64,000 nt of DNA, taken from Yuukianura sp. NJ FZ-2021 (taxonomy: Eukaryota). The notes under the pieces are model-generated. The model saw only the letters and a program-made list of their open reading frames with translations, was not told the DNA's origin and did no database searches. Location of the stretch: contig CM102286.1 in NCBI GenBank assembly GCA_046563655.1, forward strand, positions 9,672,001-9,736,000, read 5' to 3'. Both the position numbers and the translations under genes were made by a program. This document shows, piece after piece, positions 1-15,000 of the stretch; positions within the stretch are counted from its first letter, which is position 1, and each line of letters opens with the position of its first letter.

Positions 1-3000
1 ATAGAAGGAAAACAGAAACAGAAAGAATTCCCACAAGCGTTGAACTTCCAAACGCAGCGCCGTGTCCAGCACCATCACCTAAAGGAAGGCAGAATACACA
101 AAAAAAAAAGTGCACCACATTACATGTAAGATTTGTATTTGGAGAGAGCGGAAGAAAGCAAATTTCAAATTGAATCAGTTTGACGTTTCCATGTCGTTGG
201 AGATACTGCCTCCCTCATCTTCTATATCCCCTGCTTTCCCTGAAGCCCGATCTCAATGTTATATCTTTCCTGCTGTCTCTTTTTTCTTCTTCATAAAATT
301 GGAATTTTTTTTAGTTCTTTTCATACCCCAGACTCCTGCAATATTCTTATCGAGTATCGATACATTTCTTATCCTTTTATCCGAAGGCATCATCTTACTC
401 CTTTTTGTTTCTTTTTACATTTTTTAGTTGTTTTTGTTCTTTTATTCGTTTGTTGGTATCTTTCATGTTTTTTTTCAGTTTTGAGCTTTTTTCTTTCGTT
501 TTTTTTTTGTAAAAAAATCGGTTTCAGTTTCGTTAAAAACCGACCGGAGGGCGATTTGCGTGTACTTACCCATGCTTCCACCCCTGAGTTCCAACGACCC
601 TACAACAAAAATTATAAACAAAATTTTGAAAGGTTTTGGAGAATGGAGATTCTCCATTGGAGAAGCATTATAAACCAATTCATTTAACGGTAATTTGGAA
701 TTTTACCTGGTTCATAAACTGTCTCCTTCCGAACTGCATAGTCAGTATTTGGAATTGTTAGCTCACAATCAAATGAAGACGTCATTGACGAAAAATTCGT
801 TTCCTTCATGACCTTGTGGACTCGAATATCGTAGGCACCGTTCCTGTAACTTGTCTCCACGTTTAAATCTTCTACCCTGAAAGTATCACATAGAATAAGT
901 TTCTTTTTGAAAATGTACCTGGAAACCAAAATTTTTCAAAAAAGAAAATCCAAATTTTAGGAAACGATGCGAACTCATTCTAAATTACTCAACGTCCACC
1001 ACAATTAAATTTAGTAATTTCATCCGTTTCCAGCGAAAGTCCAAAGTGAAAGTTTGTTTACATAATGTAACGTCGGATGTCCGTTTGGACTTTCCAAAGT
1101 TTGAGGCTGAGTGACACTTATCTTGGCGGAAAGTCTTAAAATCTTAACTTCTAATTCCAGCAGAGAGTTCTCTTTGTCATACATTTCTCCTGGGACTTTC
1201 ACTTTTACAAACTTTCACTTTCTGTTCTTCTCCAAAACTTGTGTGAGTCACTTTCAAAACAAACGGAATAACTTATTCGCCGTATGCTTCTGAATTATAA
1301 TCCCACCTAATTTACTTTCACCTTCACCCCTTCCAGAAAACCTACCTTGATCTTATGGATCCTCACAAGTGTATAAATTATTTAAAATGAAATTACTCTG
1401 TGCTTTAGCAGAAGCCACCTTAATCTCGAATTAAGTAACTAAAGCCCTAACATCTCTTTGCCAAATTAACTTCTAATGTCGTCTCAAAAGGACCTTTCGA
1501 AATGAAATTTTAAAATTTCAGCCTCCTCAAACTCCAAATTTCAGCTCCCCGTTTCCAAAGAAGTTCATTTGGAAAGTCATACCACTATAAAAGACAAACA
1601 AAACTAACGACTTGTTAAACACTGACAAACTTTGTTGCAGCATTAATTTAAATTTTAAAACGCCCGCACCTTTTTGGTTACACTTGCACACACAACAGCG
1701 TCTAACAATTGTAACCAAACACTAACTCACCTAAGATGAAAAAAAACTGAAAAGGGAAAAACTCGGCAGTTTATCCTTGAAATCGTAAATCAACGACAAA
1801 TTTTTGATCTCGTTAAGGTTGTGCTCTCAGTGCGGATTTCTTTGGTTTGTTCAAGCCTTTCTAACGAGTGAAAGCGTCCTGCTTTCACCGGTAAAACCAG
1901 TAAAAATTGAATTATGTTTTTTGGAAGTAGTTGAACCAGAAAATAGAATTTTGAAGGCCAATTCCAGCGTAGTGACCACAAGGAGAGTCTGGAAGGAAGA
2001 AGGATCGTTGTGGTCTTGACTTTTGTCATTTCAAAGCATCTGAAAATCTTCTTCAGCGGCGGGAAGAAGGGATCAAGTCCACAAAGCTTCTTTGACATTT
2101 ATTCCCTTTGGTGAAAGCAGTTTCTCCCTTTGAGAAATGAGCAACGGAATACCGGAGTGGGGCTTTTCTGCGTGTCGGCCTCCGCAGGAATCGATCAGGG
2201 ACGCTACGCCGGAATCGTTCCTTTTTACGTTCCTATTTTCTATTGTTACTCGTTTCCCAATGGTTTTGACTTTTAGAAAATTTTGACTACTACTCGCACT
2301 GAACGGTGACAATTTTAAGGAAATGTTTTCATGGACATATTCAAAAGTGCCTTTTTTTAACAACGCTCAAAATAGTGCTTGTCTTTTTGCATTCTATTTT
2401 CTACAAAAGTTACAGAAATTAGAAAACGTTGCCAAATTCTTGAACAGAACACTGTCTGAATTTAATTTTTTTGTAAATGAAGGTGGGTTTCGTGTTTGCT
2501 GTGTTGTTCGATGTGCGATATCGAACCTTAAACTTTCTTTTTTGCCTCAGTAATTATATATGTAAAATATGCCAACAGCTCAATTCCTGACACTAGGTTT
2601 TAGTTGCGAAAACTATCAATAAAGTGTCAATCAGTAAGCGAAAGTTTTTGAAAAAAAAATTACTTAATTAGGGACATATAGTTTACCAAAAACGGGTATC
2701 ACGAAGTACCTGCTTTGCTAGAGTAGAACCTCTCTTTAGTCCACTCGCTCGGATTGTTTGGTTAAAGCAAAATTTTTGAAGGGTTACCGTAAAATTCTAA
2801 GTTCTAACTTTGTTTGTTCCTAAAACAGAGCCATTCCTCTAAAACTTGAATTTTTGCGGTAAATCAGAAACTGAGACTAGGCGGAGTCTGGGTGGACTAA
2901 ACACAGTTTCTACGTAATCAAGCATAAATATTTTAGCAGTATTGGAATCCAATAGACTTAAACTAAGCTTTTACCGTGAGCACATACATAAATTATCGAA

Positions 3001-6000
3001 TATAGGACTTATGGTATTTATGAAAGAGATTTCATGAGCTAAATAGCTTTCTAATGTCATCATTATGAAAATAAAAAAATCCAAAAATGGTTTCATATTG
3101 AAAATATAAAGTTATTATTTTATATTAGTATTTCTTACTACACTTACTTCTGGTCACCACTTTCTCCGTAGTAGAGGCTGAGTGTCGGCTCAGGAAAAAC
3201 ACCCGTTGCCCAACACGAGACGTTGACAAATCCGGGGAATCGGGTTCCCGTGACCTTGATGCCCATATCCCTCTGTGGAGCTGCAAAATAATGAAACCAA
3301 TTTCTTTTCTTGATATTTTTTTTTGCCAATTTTGAAGACAATGACTAACCCTGAAAGCAGTTTTAATAATATATTATTTCTGCTGATTGATGGACTCATG
3401 CACTTTGAAATTAACGTGTTTACTTGCTCCCGATTTCACATGTTCTGTTTCATTTCTCTCTTTTGTCCCGTCACAAAGTTTTTTGCCAAATGTTAAATTG
3501 TGGTTCTCTTTCCCACTGACGCAAAATTATGAAAGAAAATTAAAAAAAAGAGAGAAAGTCCCTTCGCAATCATTTTAGCCTAGACTACCGTGAATTGTTT
3601 TTGTTGTCTTGATTTCTTAATTCTTCACAGAAACTACTTTTATTGCCACTTAACAGTTTGTGTTTTGGGTAATGAAATATTGGTTTATGTCCCACATAAA
3701 GAATAAACAGAGTTACAAAACTTTATGATTGAATTGGAAACTACAAAAAACAATAAACTGGAATCAATTTCAATCCTTAACGAACTTTGGCCCAAGTCTT
3801 AACTCATGGATTAGGCTTTCAGTTATGACAAGCGGAAAATTAAGAAGAACATTTTACCCAACTCTGCAATTCTGATTTTAAGTGCTTTCTCCGTTTAGTC
3901 AAATACAAAAACTCCTTTCACCAATCCGGCTTTTATTTCCTCGTTTTTATGATGCAAGATAAAACGTTTCATTAAATTGGACGATAATAAAAATGGTTAT
4001 AACCATGCACCCTCTCATATTCTAAGCGGAGGCATAGATAATTGGCCGAAGAATGATTCTAGAATGCAAATCTTTCTTACTTTTTCACATTAAGATTTGG
4101 TTACGAACTTAATTTATTTAATTCGAACTTTTGAGAATTGTTTCCTACGTTTTTGTATTCCGGTATATCTTAATCAAGGTGATGTTTCAAACCTCAGTAC
4201 TACTACAAGGCAGAAGAAGATTCAAAGGACTGTGTTCTTGTCCTTATCCATTAAACGAATTTCAACTTTACCGCAGCCTTTTTTTAAATGTTTTCATTTC
4301 ACTTTATTTCCACTCAGAACAAACGAAACGGTAATTTAGATGCATGCTGCATTGCATTTAAAAAAAACTACAATTACGTCTGACTATTGAAAACCACACC
4401 AAGAAAAGTGAAAGTACCTCTTATTTCTGAATTCTTTTAAAAAACAAACAAAAGTGAAAGGTCATGAGAAAGTATTTAGTTTTCCATGGCCTCAACTGGG
4501 ACAAATGACTTTTGTAGTGAAACAGAGAAAAGCTTTAGCTTTCTCTGAAATTGAATTGGACACTTTCACTTTCCCTCGCCCCACTTCCCACCAATGACTA
4601 ATTTGTTAGCGGCGGAGATTTGGTGAAAGCTTCTAGAACTCCCTGGATCTACACCAAAGTGCGATTCATTCTAGAAAGACACCAATTAGTCGTAGTCCTA
4701 AAGCCAAAAGGACTCTTTTGTAGGAACTACTTTTCTGTTTAAAAGCAAAGTTGTTATTACAATTCCGTTTTTTTAATTACAAAGTGACATGAGCTCGTCA
4801 GATTCTTGTATTTGTTGGTAAGGTGGCCTTTGAAGTTAGAATTTTTAGAAGAAAAAATATGCCCAACCGTCGTAAGTAACGTCGAAGTCCATTTGCCAAT
4901 TTTTCCTCGAGGAAAGCGGATTTGGAGCGTGTGAAATTTAGGGTAAGTCAAATCTAGATAAATGTCTTCGGCTGCTCTCAGGATTGAAAATGGAAAAAAC
5001 GAAAAAAAATTGAAAGTGGAAGTGAAGAATTTTTTTGTTCGAAACGTAAAAATCTCATTGATTTCTGGATTAAGAATTCGAAATCAGGGCATATTTTAGC
5101 TTTTTTTTGTACGTCTTTGCTAAGAGGCTCAAAAACTTTTCTGAGTACAAAACTAAAAAGAAAAGTTCAAATCGCTTAAATTATTCTCTTCTTTTTTATA
5201 AAAACAGAACCCAGTTTTTCCGAACTCATCTTGCCTAAAAGATTTTAAAGATTAAAATATTTCCGGCGAAAAATTTTATTTCTTGTGACAAACTAAGCTT
5301 TCCGTCCTTCTTTTTCAAAAGACATAGAATACGTTTTAAACAAGATTTATTTATGAGTCGTTCGAAAAACGTTCAAGAAATAGCGCTTTGTTTCATTTTT
5401 AAAATTGTTGTGGAAGTTGTCACTCCTAATGTCGCCTTAAAAATATGAGGAGTTTAAAGGAATAAAATACTCAAAGAAGGTAAAAATCAGGTTTCAGAAG
5501 TTGTTTTATTTTCTGAAGTCGTTTTAGAATCTTTGACTTTGTGCACTTCCTCCGTTTCTAATATTGATTCACAAAATCCACTTTATCCAAGGAACCAGGC
5601 AGAACATCACAAAGTGATAACTTTTTGGAGGGAAAAAGGATTTGAAAATGTACACAAAGGGAACGTAGCCCAGGCGGAAAAGTGAAAGGAAAACTTTCCT
5701 GCTTTTTGAAGATGGAGCTTTCTGCTGCTCTCCTTTGAATGGACATACCACCAAATTATTTAAATCCTTATTTGAGTGAGATCAAGGGAAGTGAAAGCAA
5801 ATGGATTCAAAAATTCCCGCTTTCGCAGGAGAAAACCTTTTCTTTCAACTTTCCTCATCTTCCCTTCTGCCTTTTTGTTGTTCACAAAACGATTCAAAGT
5901 TCCCGTTGGGTTTTCATTTTAGTAGAAATTTCAAACCTGAGTGAAAAGTCCAAATTCTTATTCTCAAAATCCACTCTGCATTAGCATTCTGATGTAGGGA

Positions 6001-9000
6001 TGTTGTAGAAACAGGGTCTTCTTTTCGACGGCAACACTTTCTCGTGTTACCGTCTAAGATACATCTTTTAGCAATGCTGTGGTTTATTGGGACCCTTTCA
6101 AGCTTGTCCGAAACGAAAATTTTCGTATAAAAACAAAGTCAACGAAAATTTTCATACATAGTTTTCCCGAACATACGTTACCTATACTATAATTTCTTTT
6201 TTCTGGAAAACCCATGTGTGCACAAAACATTATATAAAGTGGACACTTTTTTGAAAACCGTGTCAAGGGACGCTTCATAAGTCTTTTGCGTCTCCGTCGT
6301 ATAAATTATGCATTTCTGAAGCATTTTACAGTTTTCGCGATTGTAGCTTTCAGAGTTGGGTGGGTGTAGTTCTAAGATGAAAGAGCGGAGCATAAAATTT
6401 TCAAAATTTACCTCCAGGGAAGTCACATTCATCATAATTAAGTTTCAAAGGAAGATGGAAAGGTAGGCGAAAACTTCTCAAAAGAGAAAATTAGTTCCAG
6501 ACACTTTAATTACAACCTGCTCAAAAAACGAAACTTTTCCTCAGAAACGTTGCTAAGATTAAAAGGCACAAAAAATTCTACGCTGTCATTCAGATAGCGT
6601 CCAATTTCCGTCCGTTCTCATTTTAGTCTCCATTCCAAGGCAAAGATTGGATATGGATTTTTGTATGTATTGCATAGGGAAATTTTTGGATTAAAATTTC
6701 TTCGAAGAAAACTGAGGAATGAGGAATCCTATCTGCAAACTCGTTTTCATCATACTTTTTTATAAATAAATAAACTACTTGTTTCTCCATCTCTCGCATT
6801 TTCACTCCCACTTCTCCCGGCTCTGTTTTCTTATCCTCACAAACTAATTTGAGAATAGTTTTCTTAAGCTTTCACCCTATTTTCATTAGGTTCAAGCTAA
6901 TGAGTTTGAAGTTTATACCGCATCATAATCAAATATAGCTCAAGGAGACCAAGTTTAAGTTTTAGTACAACCTAAATCTACCCTAAGCCTAAATTTAAAC
7001 GAAGGAGAGTAACAAGAAAGCAGAGTTTGTCTAAAAAATGGAGCGGAGGTTAACTGTGTGCTTTTTAAGGTTACAATTTTTGTTCTAGCTGCGGATTTTT
7101 CGAAGATATTTGGAGGGTGTGTCTAAAAGAATTGAATAGAGTTCTGCGGAAGCTAATTTTGTCAAAACCAATTTGGACTGTTAGAAGCAATAAACCTCGG
7201 AATGAGTTCTAAACGGAAGCCAAAAACATCCATATGTTCGTCTGCTCGTTTGCTGAAAGTGGGCCACCCAAAACTGCCGATTCCCATGCTCCAAAAAGGC
7301 TACAGGATTTTGCGGATTCTGAATTTTAGAATTATAAGAGCCAAACGGAGTCCAAGAATTTTTGCTACTCGACAGTGAAATTGCTTTCTCCGACATCCCC
7401 CCATGATCTATTGTGTTCAGACCAATGCTGTGATTTATGCACAAAATGTTCCAAAAAGAGTTTCTCCTTCTGCCTAACCTAACTCTAACAATTCTGTTTC
7501 CAAGTCCATGTGAACATGAACACATTTGGGCATACAGTTGTTACAGTTACTCTCTGGATTAACTGAATTATGGTGACAGGCAGCTTAATGCCAAATCCCA
7601 CCAAATTTTAAGTTTTCTAACATAAAAGTTTACCTTTGACCTCCATTCCCATAAAACTACTGAGTTCTTGTTTTATTTTTACACAGAAATTAGAAAATGC
7701 ACTTTCTCTGATTTGTTCCTGCTCATCAGTTTTATGGGGACTCAACCGGGCTAACGATACTGATGGTTTGCAACAAAAAGAACAAGTTAGATTGAAGTCT
7801 CTGGAGTAGGTTTACTTAAACCTAACGCAAATAAACCTAATGCAAACCTAACCTTAAAGTTAGCTCAATTTACTTTGTGCTGGAGAAAATCCAAGTCACT
7901 TTGTTAGAATTCCTTGTTTTCTGTTTCCTTCTGGTTTTGCTTGGTAATTCCAAAAGTCCACAGGGACCCAAGGGAAGTGGACTTGCCTTTAGATCTTGTG
8001 GAATCCAAAAAGAGCCTTTGGAGTCCGTGGACTTCTAAAGAAACTTAACTTTACCTAACTCGGCCTAACCTAAAAGCTAATCAAAGAACAAGTCCAAAGT
8101 AACTTTCTCATTATGTTTGAGGTGCTTTGTGGTGAAAGGCCTTGATAGATGAGGTGAAAACTGAGGAATTAATCATAGGAGCTCAAGTCCTTCGAGAGTG
8201 CCTTAAGGCCCTCCCGCACTCAAAATCTGACGGCTGGAATTACGCTGAGCGCAAACGGATGAACTCGGTGCTAGTCCCTTGTCCCTTGAGTTTTCTAAGC
8301 AAAAGGAAATGAAACTGAGCTCATAAAGCTACAACACACTTTCGCTAAAAGCTCTGCAGTTCATTTTCTCTACGCGCTTTTTCTTTAATCTTTGCTTTCA
8401 CTTTACAAACAAATGGCAAAGCAAAAGGTTAAGAAATCTTTAGCAAAGTGAAAAGGTTTATAAAATTGATTTTAGTAGACGAAAAAATTCGCACGTCTTT
8501 CCACAAAGGAAAGCCTGGTTTTTGTCAATTGCAAGTGCGCAACTCTCGAACAAATGCGAAATGCGGAAAATGTTCAAAGTTTTCCTGAAACGACTTGTTT
8601 TGGACACTTTGAACAAAAGTTTTTGGCAATTGAATTTCCAGAGTTTATTATTTCCGTAAACTGATCTTGAGTTTGATTTCAAAAAGTTTTCACAAAGTTG
8701 AGCATCTATCGTAAACTGTTTGTTCAAATTACGTTTTCCATGGACCATCTGCTATCGTTTTTTGTTCTGAATTGAAACTGGATTACAACTCCCAGGTAAA
8801 GTTTCAAGTTAGAACAGACACAACTGCGTGCGAAATTTCAACTTTCGTGACTTTCACCAACAATTCAGTCCGCGGAAGCACCCATACCAAAGTCATCCTC
8901 CTTCGAATGAAACTTTTCAAAACACGCAGTTGTGCAGCAGTAGAAAACAGTTGCTCAAATCTTTTAGAGTTGCAAAAGCTATTCAAAATTCATCCAATTC

Positions 9001-12000
9001 CTTTCCATCTCCTTCGTAACCTTTAACAGCTTGGCGAGATTCAGCTTGACAATAGTTATTTAGTTCAGTTTTGCACGATTTCGTTACTTTACAAAATTGA
9101 TTTCAAAATAATACTTTAACTCCCGCTTTACGTTATGTAATACATGGGGATCAAAACGTTCAAAAAATGTAATTGAAAATTTGAGCTTAATTTTGAAACA
9201 TGAAACAGCTGGATTTTTTTTGATAACGATTTCTTAGTTTCACTTTTTTAAACCTTAAACTGAATTTTGCGCCCTAAAGGGAGTAACTGACTCTTTTTGA
9301 AAATTGAGTTTTAAACTGAAGACTTTTCGTTCAATTTACCTCGCGGAGCTCCATCCACCCAAGCAGCAATCAGTTTCACATGCATAAATCTTCTTTTGAA
9401 AATGAAACTACTTAACTTAACATGATCTACGAGTAGATTCAAAAAAGTTTGAACAATTGCGCCCCATTCAAGCTCCATTTCACTTTCTTCCTTTCCAATT
9501 CAACTTCACTGAGGCGCACCAAGCAAAAACGGTTTAAAACACTCAATTTTTGCACCTATAAACTACAAAAAAAAGAGAAGACATTGGAGCTTTTTTGAAA
9601 GAAGAAACTTACAGTAGACTAGCATTGTTCCGGACTTGTAAGCGTCGTTATGGATAGTTGAAACGCGACACAAGTACTTTCCGCTCAAATTTGTGTAAGG
9701 TCGTTGTATTTGAAGAGCTCTGTACATTTTGTAGATGTCATGAGACGCTTTGTACTCAAGATTCAGCTTCCCGCGAAGAATGCCCAAATCCTGTGGTCGT
9801 TGTTTGGGAATCCATTGATAGACGGGTCGTTCCTCGTTGTTAAAATACCACTGAAGCACCAATCCTTCTTTTTCCCAATCTTCCAAAGAATAGTCACAGT
9901 CAAGGGTCACGAACTCTTCAGTTCCGTTCCGGATGATTGGAGGAATTTTGAGGTAGTTGACGTGAACACCAGTAACTCCTAACATTTCAAAAAAAATAAC
10001 ACAGATTTAGAATTTAGATTCCCAGTGGCGAATCGCCACTATATTTTAAAATAACAAAATGGAATGGAAATTTTAAAACATTCAAAGGTAATATATTTTG
10101 ACTTTTTCTTGGTGTTTGGCAGTTCACAAAAAAAATTGTGCTTGAACTAGAAGTTTTTGTGCAGTTTGTAGTTTTTTGTGTAATTTAAAATCCTATATTT
10201 GGTGACGGAAAATCTTCCGGAAAAATAGTTGCAGTATCTTCGAGGACAAGGATTTCCGCTTTAGTTTTTTTTTCCTTGAAATTTGGCAGAGTTTTTGGCA
10301 GTCTCCACGTTTCTAATAAAACCATACGGGTAAAAATGTGAGTAAATATTGGACACACGGAAAAAACAGACTTTTTACTTTGAGAATGTTAGCGAATGTT
10401 TTTGAGAGTTTTGCTTTCGCAGTAGAAAGTTTCGATGGCGGGAGAGGAAGGAAACCGGAAGTGAAAATGGCGCCATAAATGAAACTTTTCCTACTTATTC
10501 CCATTTCCGATGAAAAAGCAAAGAGAAGGAGAAAGGAGACTACAAAGTTGTAGAAAACCTAAACAGAAAATGTTTGGAGTTTTGCAGTTTAGTGTGGACT
10601 CCCTCTCTTTTTTTGGAAATACGAAAATTTTTGCCTCTTTGACTTCCAACTTTTGAATATTCCGGAAATTTACTGGGAGTGAGCAAATGACTAAACTATT
10701 CAAATGAGACGACTCTCCAGAGTTTAGAATTATTTGAACTCCGTTTTGCGGAAGATTCAAAAAGTGTCACTTGAAATGCATATAATTCCTATTATATGCA
10801 AACCATTGTAAATGAACTGGTGCGCAAAACTGGATTATTTATAACTCTTGTTCTCCAAACCACACTAGCACAAGTTCGCTTTCACTGACTTTCACTTCCT
10901 CTGTTTTAACTTCCACTACCGCCATTCTTATTTTTCTGCTTTCAATTCCCGCGATCTTTACTTTTAAGCCTTTTGTAGCCTCGTTGTCTTTCTTTTTTTT
11001 TTGTTTCCAGTTCTAATGTCGTACTTTGTTGACTCTAACGCGGTTCACACTTGTCAATTGTTGACAAGGGTTTCGTATAGTGTTTCCAATTTTGCGAAAT
11101 ATATTTTTCGGTTTTTTAAGTATAACGCTCCTCATTATTCCGCTCTTTCTATTCTCCCATGTGTATTTTTTTTTAGTGAATTATTTACTTTTTCGATTTA
11201 CAGTATTAGTTTTTTTTCTTTTTTTTTGTTATCCGTTTTCTATTGTTGCGTTTTCGATTTTTTACTTTTGTGACAATCCCTTACTTCTTGTGCTTTCATT
11301 CTTTTCTACCGACGTTTTTGGTCAACATTTTTTGTTCACTTTCTCTACTTTGTTTGAGATTGTTTTGAATAAAAGTGCAGCAGCAACTTCAGAAACGTTA
11401 CTTACTTTTGATGTAACCACGTTTTTGAAGTTGAAGGTTATAATAAAGTTTAGATGGGGTGTTGATTCGTTTCTACTGTAATTACAGTATGATGGATAAG
11501 TCATATACGATGGTCGTTGCAGTCGACCGCCGACTCTTTTTGTACAAAGTGCAACTTTCTCTCTCGGTTGAAGCTGAGAGAAAGTCAAGTAAATTAGTTG
11601 GGGAGGAGAAAAGAGCCATTATAAAAATCCCCCCTCTCTAGGTCCTTTTGGCCATTTTCACATTTTAGAGGGGAAAAGTGCTCAAACGACAGGGTAATAA
11701 AAGCAGTTTTTTGAAATAGGTTTCATGGAAATGGAGAAAACTAAAAATGTAATTCCTTTCCATTGGGAATATTTTCAATATCAAAATTCCGCTGGAACAT
11801 GGATGCGCCTGTGCCGAGTCTAATGTCAACTGAAGGATGGAAAAATAGGAGGATGATTATGGTGTGCGATAAGGGATGGGAAGTGGCTTTTCTTGGAGCG
11901 AGGATAATGATGATGAAAATGGAGTAAATTATTGGCATCCAATCCATTACACTTTTTTTCCTTCCACAAACTGTGTTTGTGCGTGAGTTTTGCGTTTCAC

Positions 12001-15000
12001 GCTGAGCATGCGTCAATTATCAAAAATTTATAAGATGAAGAACTCTAAGTGAAAACGGAAGTATTTTTTTTCTAAAATTCCCTAGAGCGATGCCACATGA
12101 ATTTGCAATGGGAATTTTGCAGATTTCAGACTAAGAAGTAGTTGTTAGGAACTGCACAACTTTTCTAGTTTTTTTCTGTGTATAAAACTTTAGATGAAGA
12201 ACGGAACCACTTTCTTCCGCAAAACCACTTAGGCGTCCACAATTTCTTTTCTCCTTTGAAGTCGAGGGAGACAGTTCTTTTTCCAGAAAATATAAATATA
12301 CAACTTTTTTTTTTGTTGCACGCCTTAGAAGAAACTGCTTTCTCCAGAAATGTAAAAAAAGTGAAAGTTTTTTTGAACAGAAAAACAAAAGAAGCTGGGG
12401 GACAAACGATGCATAGGGATAAAGTGGATCCATTTATCACAAACTAAGCGGGAGGGTTGGGGTAATGGGAATTAATTAAAGAAATACCAAGAACATTTGC
12501 GGCAAAATTTGAGATTTAGATAATACGCGAACTACTTTGAGAAAGAAAAAAGAAAGCATAAAATTGGAGAAATATAATTGAAAATGTACAGTGCGTCTCG
12601 ACTTCGTACTTGTATGAAATGCTTCCAGGTTTTTCCAGTTGCGCTTACAAACTGCAATGTAGCGTTTTATTGACTTTCGTTTTGGCGGGATGATTCGAAT
12701 TGATCTGAACATTTTGTCGGAACTGATGAGCGCACGAACGGTTCTGACAGTATCATTAATATTCTCCAAGGATTTTTCCTGAGCTAAGGACTTCCTAATA
12801 GTTTTTCCAGTGGACTTTTAGCCTGCCATCTTCTTCTCTTTAGCTCTCCTATTTCTACTATTATTTTCTGAAGCGTTTCACTATGGCTCCTCCAAATTGC
12901 GGAACATTCTACAGGGTGGGTCACGTATGTTCAATTTCCTTTTGCTTTTTCCAAAGAAATAGAAGATGGACAATGAACTAACGGTAGTTTCCCTTTATAC
13001 GTTTCATTTGCTTCTCTCCGGCAAAGTTGAAAAGAGTGAAAGTAGCGCTCAACATTTTTGGTATTGCTGTTAACTCAGCTTTCACTTCCTTATCAAACCA
13101 CTGACACATTTCCTTTGTTTACTCGAAGTAATGTAGTACGGAGTAGGAAATGGGAAGCTTTATAGTGCGTTTAACTTTTGTGTCCAAAAACGTAAGTTTT
13201 GCTGAGGTCAAAAAGTGGAGTAGTTTTTGTAATTTGTGCTAATGCGAAACTAAACGGGTCATTCCTATAAATTACTGTCATCGTCATCTTTGCGTACACC
13301 CTTAACAACTCCGGTCGCCTAAACTGCATAACTTTTGAAAAGTCGGTTCAATTGTAGCTGCCGACGCCAAAAAACTCCTTCCAATTTGTTCATAAAAACT
13401 GAAAAATATATTACTTGCAATTTCTAAAGCCAGTTCTTCTCATCTTTATTCTTCGAAGGCAAAATATTTTAAATAGCTGTTAGAACGTAATCGATCTAAT
13501 AAACACTGACTTCAGAAATTTAAATGCTACATTGTTGGAGGCAGTAATTTTTTTTATGAGAGGTAACCCAGAACATTAATTTTTTGTTACTCTCATCACA
13601 AGACTGCTGCATGACTCACCGTTAACCTCGATTGTAAACGTTTTCTAAAACGACTTTACGCCGACCAATGAACCTTCCGACTGGTGATTAATCGTGACAG
13701 TTGAAGCTGTTAAAATCCAAACCCGTCCTAGTAGATTAGTTTACATTCCCAGGTTGCCAAAACACAATGCTTACCCGCTGATATAGTTCAGAAAAAATCA
13801 TGAGGAAAAGTTGAGTATTTGGACAACTTTTACACAGCTTAACATAACGTGATAGCTGTGAGGAAACAATGCTGTTTCAATGATGAGCCTTAACACGCGT
13901 GTAAAGAGCAATGAAATGGTGTTGCGTTTTCCCCTCGGTTGTGTGCGGAATCCGTGCTGAATCCGTGTGTACATTGTATTTATGAAAATTCCGCTGCGAA
14001 ATCATTACCTAAACCGTACTTAAACATTATGCGTTCAATGAAGAAACAGCAAAGGTTTGTTACACATGTTTTATTTAATTCAGATACTATACTGTTTCAA
14101 TACACAAACTTTACACGTAAACTCTAAATACAATACTAAAATTACAAAATACTTAATACTAATGCTAAATTTTACAATAATACATAAACTTCATGATTCT
14201 TGTGTAGTATAGGAATGCTGTGAATCTACCTTTGACTTCTTTCACAAATTCTTCAAAGGTTTCAGTTTGGTCAACATTGTAGTGCAGAATCACTTGACTC
14301 GAATCTAAATTAATATTCAAACTTAGTAACTTCTTTAACTAATGATAATATATCATGTAAGTTATGGATTTGCACCTAGTATGTCCCCCGAACCATCAGA
14401 GTTCGACTGGAACACACTTCCGGTTCGAATAGTGGAGTTGTAGTAGGTGGAATGATTCTGAATGTAGCTGGAGGTTCAACTGCAACGTTTTGGAACGTTG
14501 TTGTTTTTCGATTGTTCGAATCTTCACTTGAATCCAAAATCTGAAGGGTGCTTGAGTCCTTTAAAGTTTCAGCCTTCTTGCATGCCTTATCGTACGAATC
14601 TAGATATAAAAATGAAGATTAGTTACATTCGAAACGTTCATACTACGACTAAATACTTGCATATGAGATTGAACTTACCATAAGATTCGAGAAACTGTAT
14701 TGGATACTTGTTCCAATTCAGGTACACTGTCGGCTGAGCGAATTAGTACCTTCGAGTTTTTTCGATTTCCTGGTCAACTTGCTAACAGTCCCTGCTCTGT
14801 GTCCGATAACCAAGTGGATGGAATTACGGAGTATCGGTTTTCTTCGTAGAAAAAACGACTGAAAAGTTTTTCCTAGTCATGTTTGATACTGACTCACCAC
14901 GCTTTATTTTTAACGGAACGTGGTTTCTTTTGTTTTAAGTAAGCCAGAGACTCAAAGTGTGTAATTGGCGGAGAAACAATAGTGAGAAAATCATCACTTA

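Noticed and set aside
110..12769. Numerous 60-140-aa Phe/Lys-rich ORFs
   Set aside because: Low-complexity translations of A/T-run-rich intron sequence, apart from the Beat exons listed.
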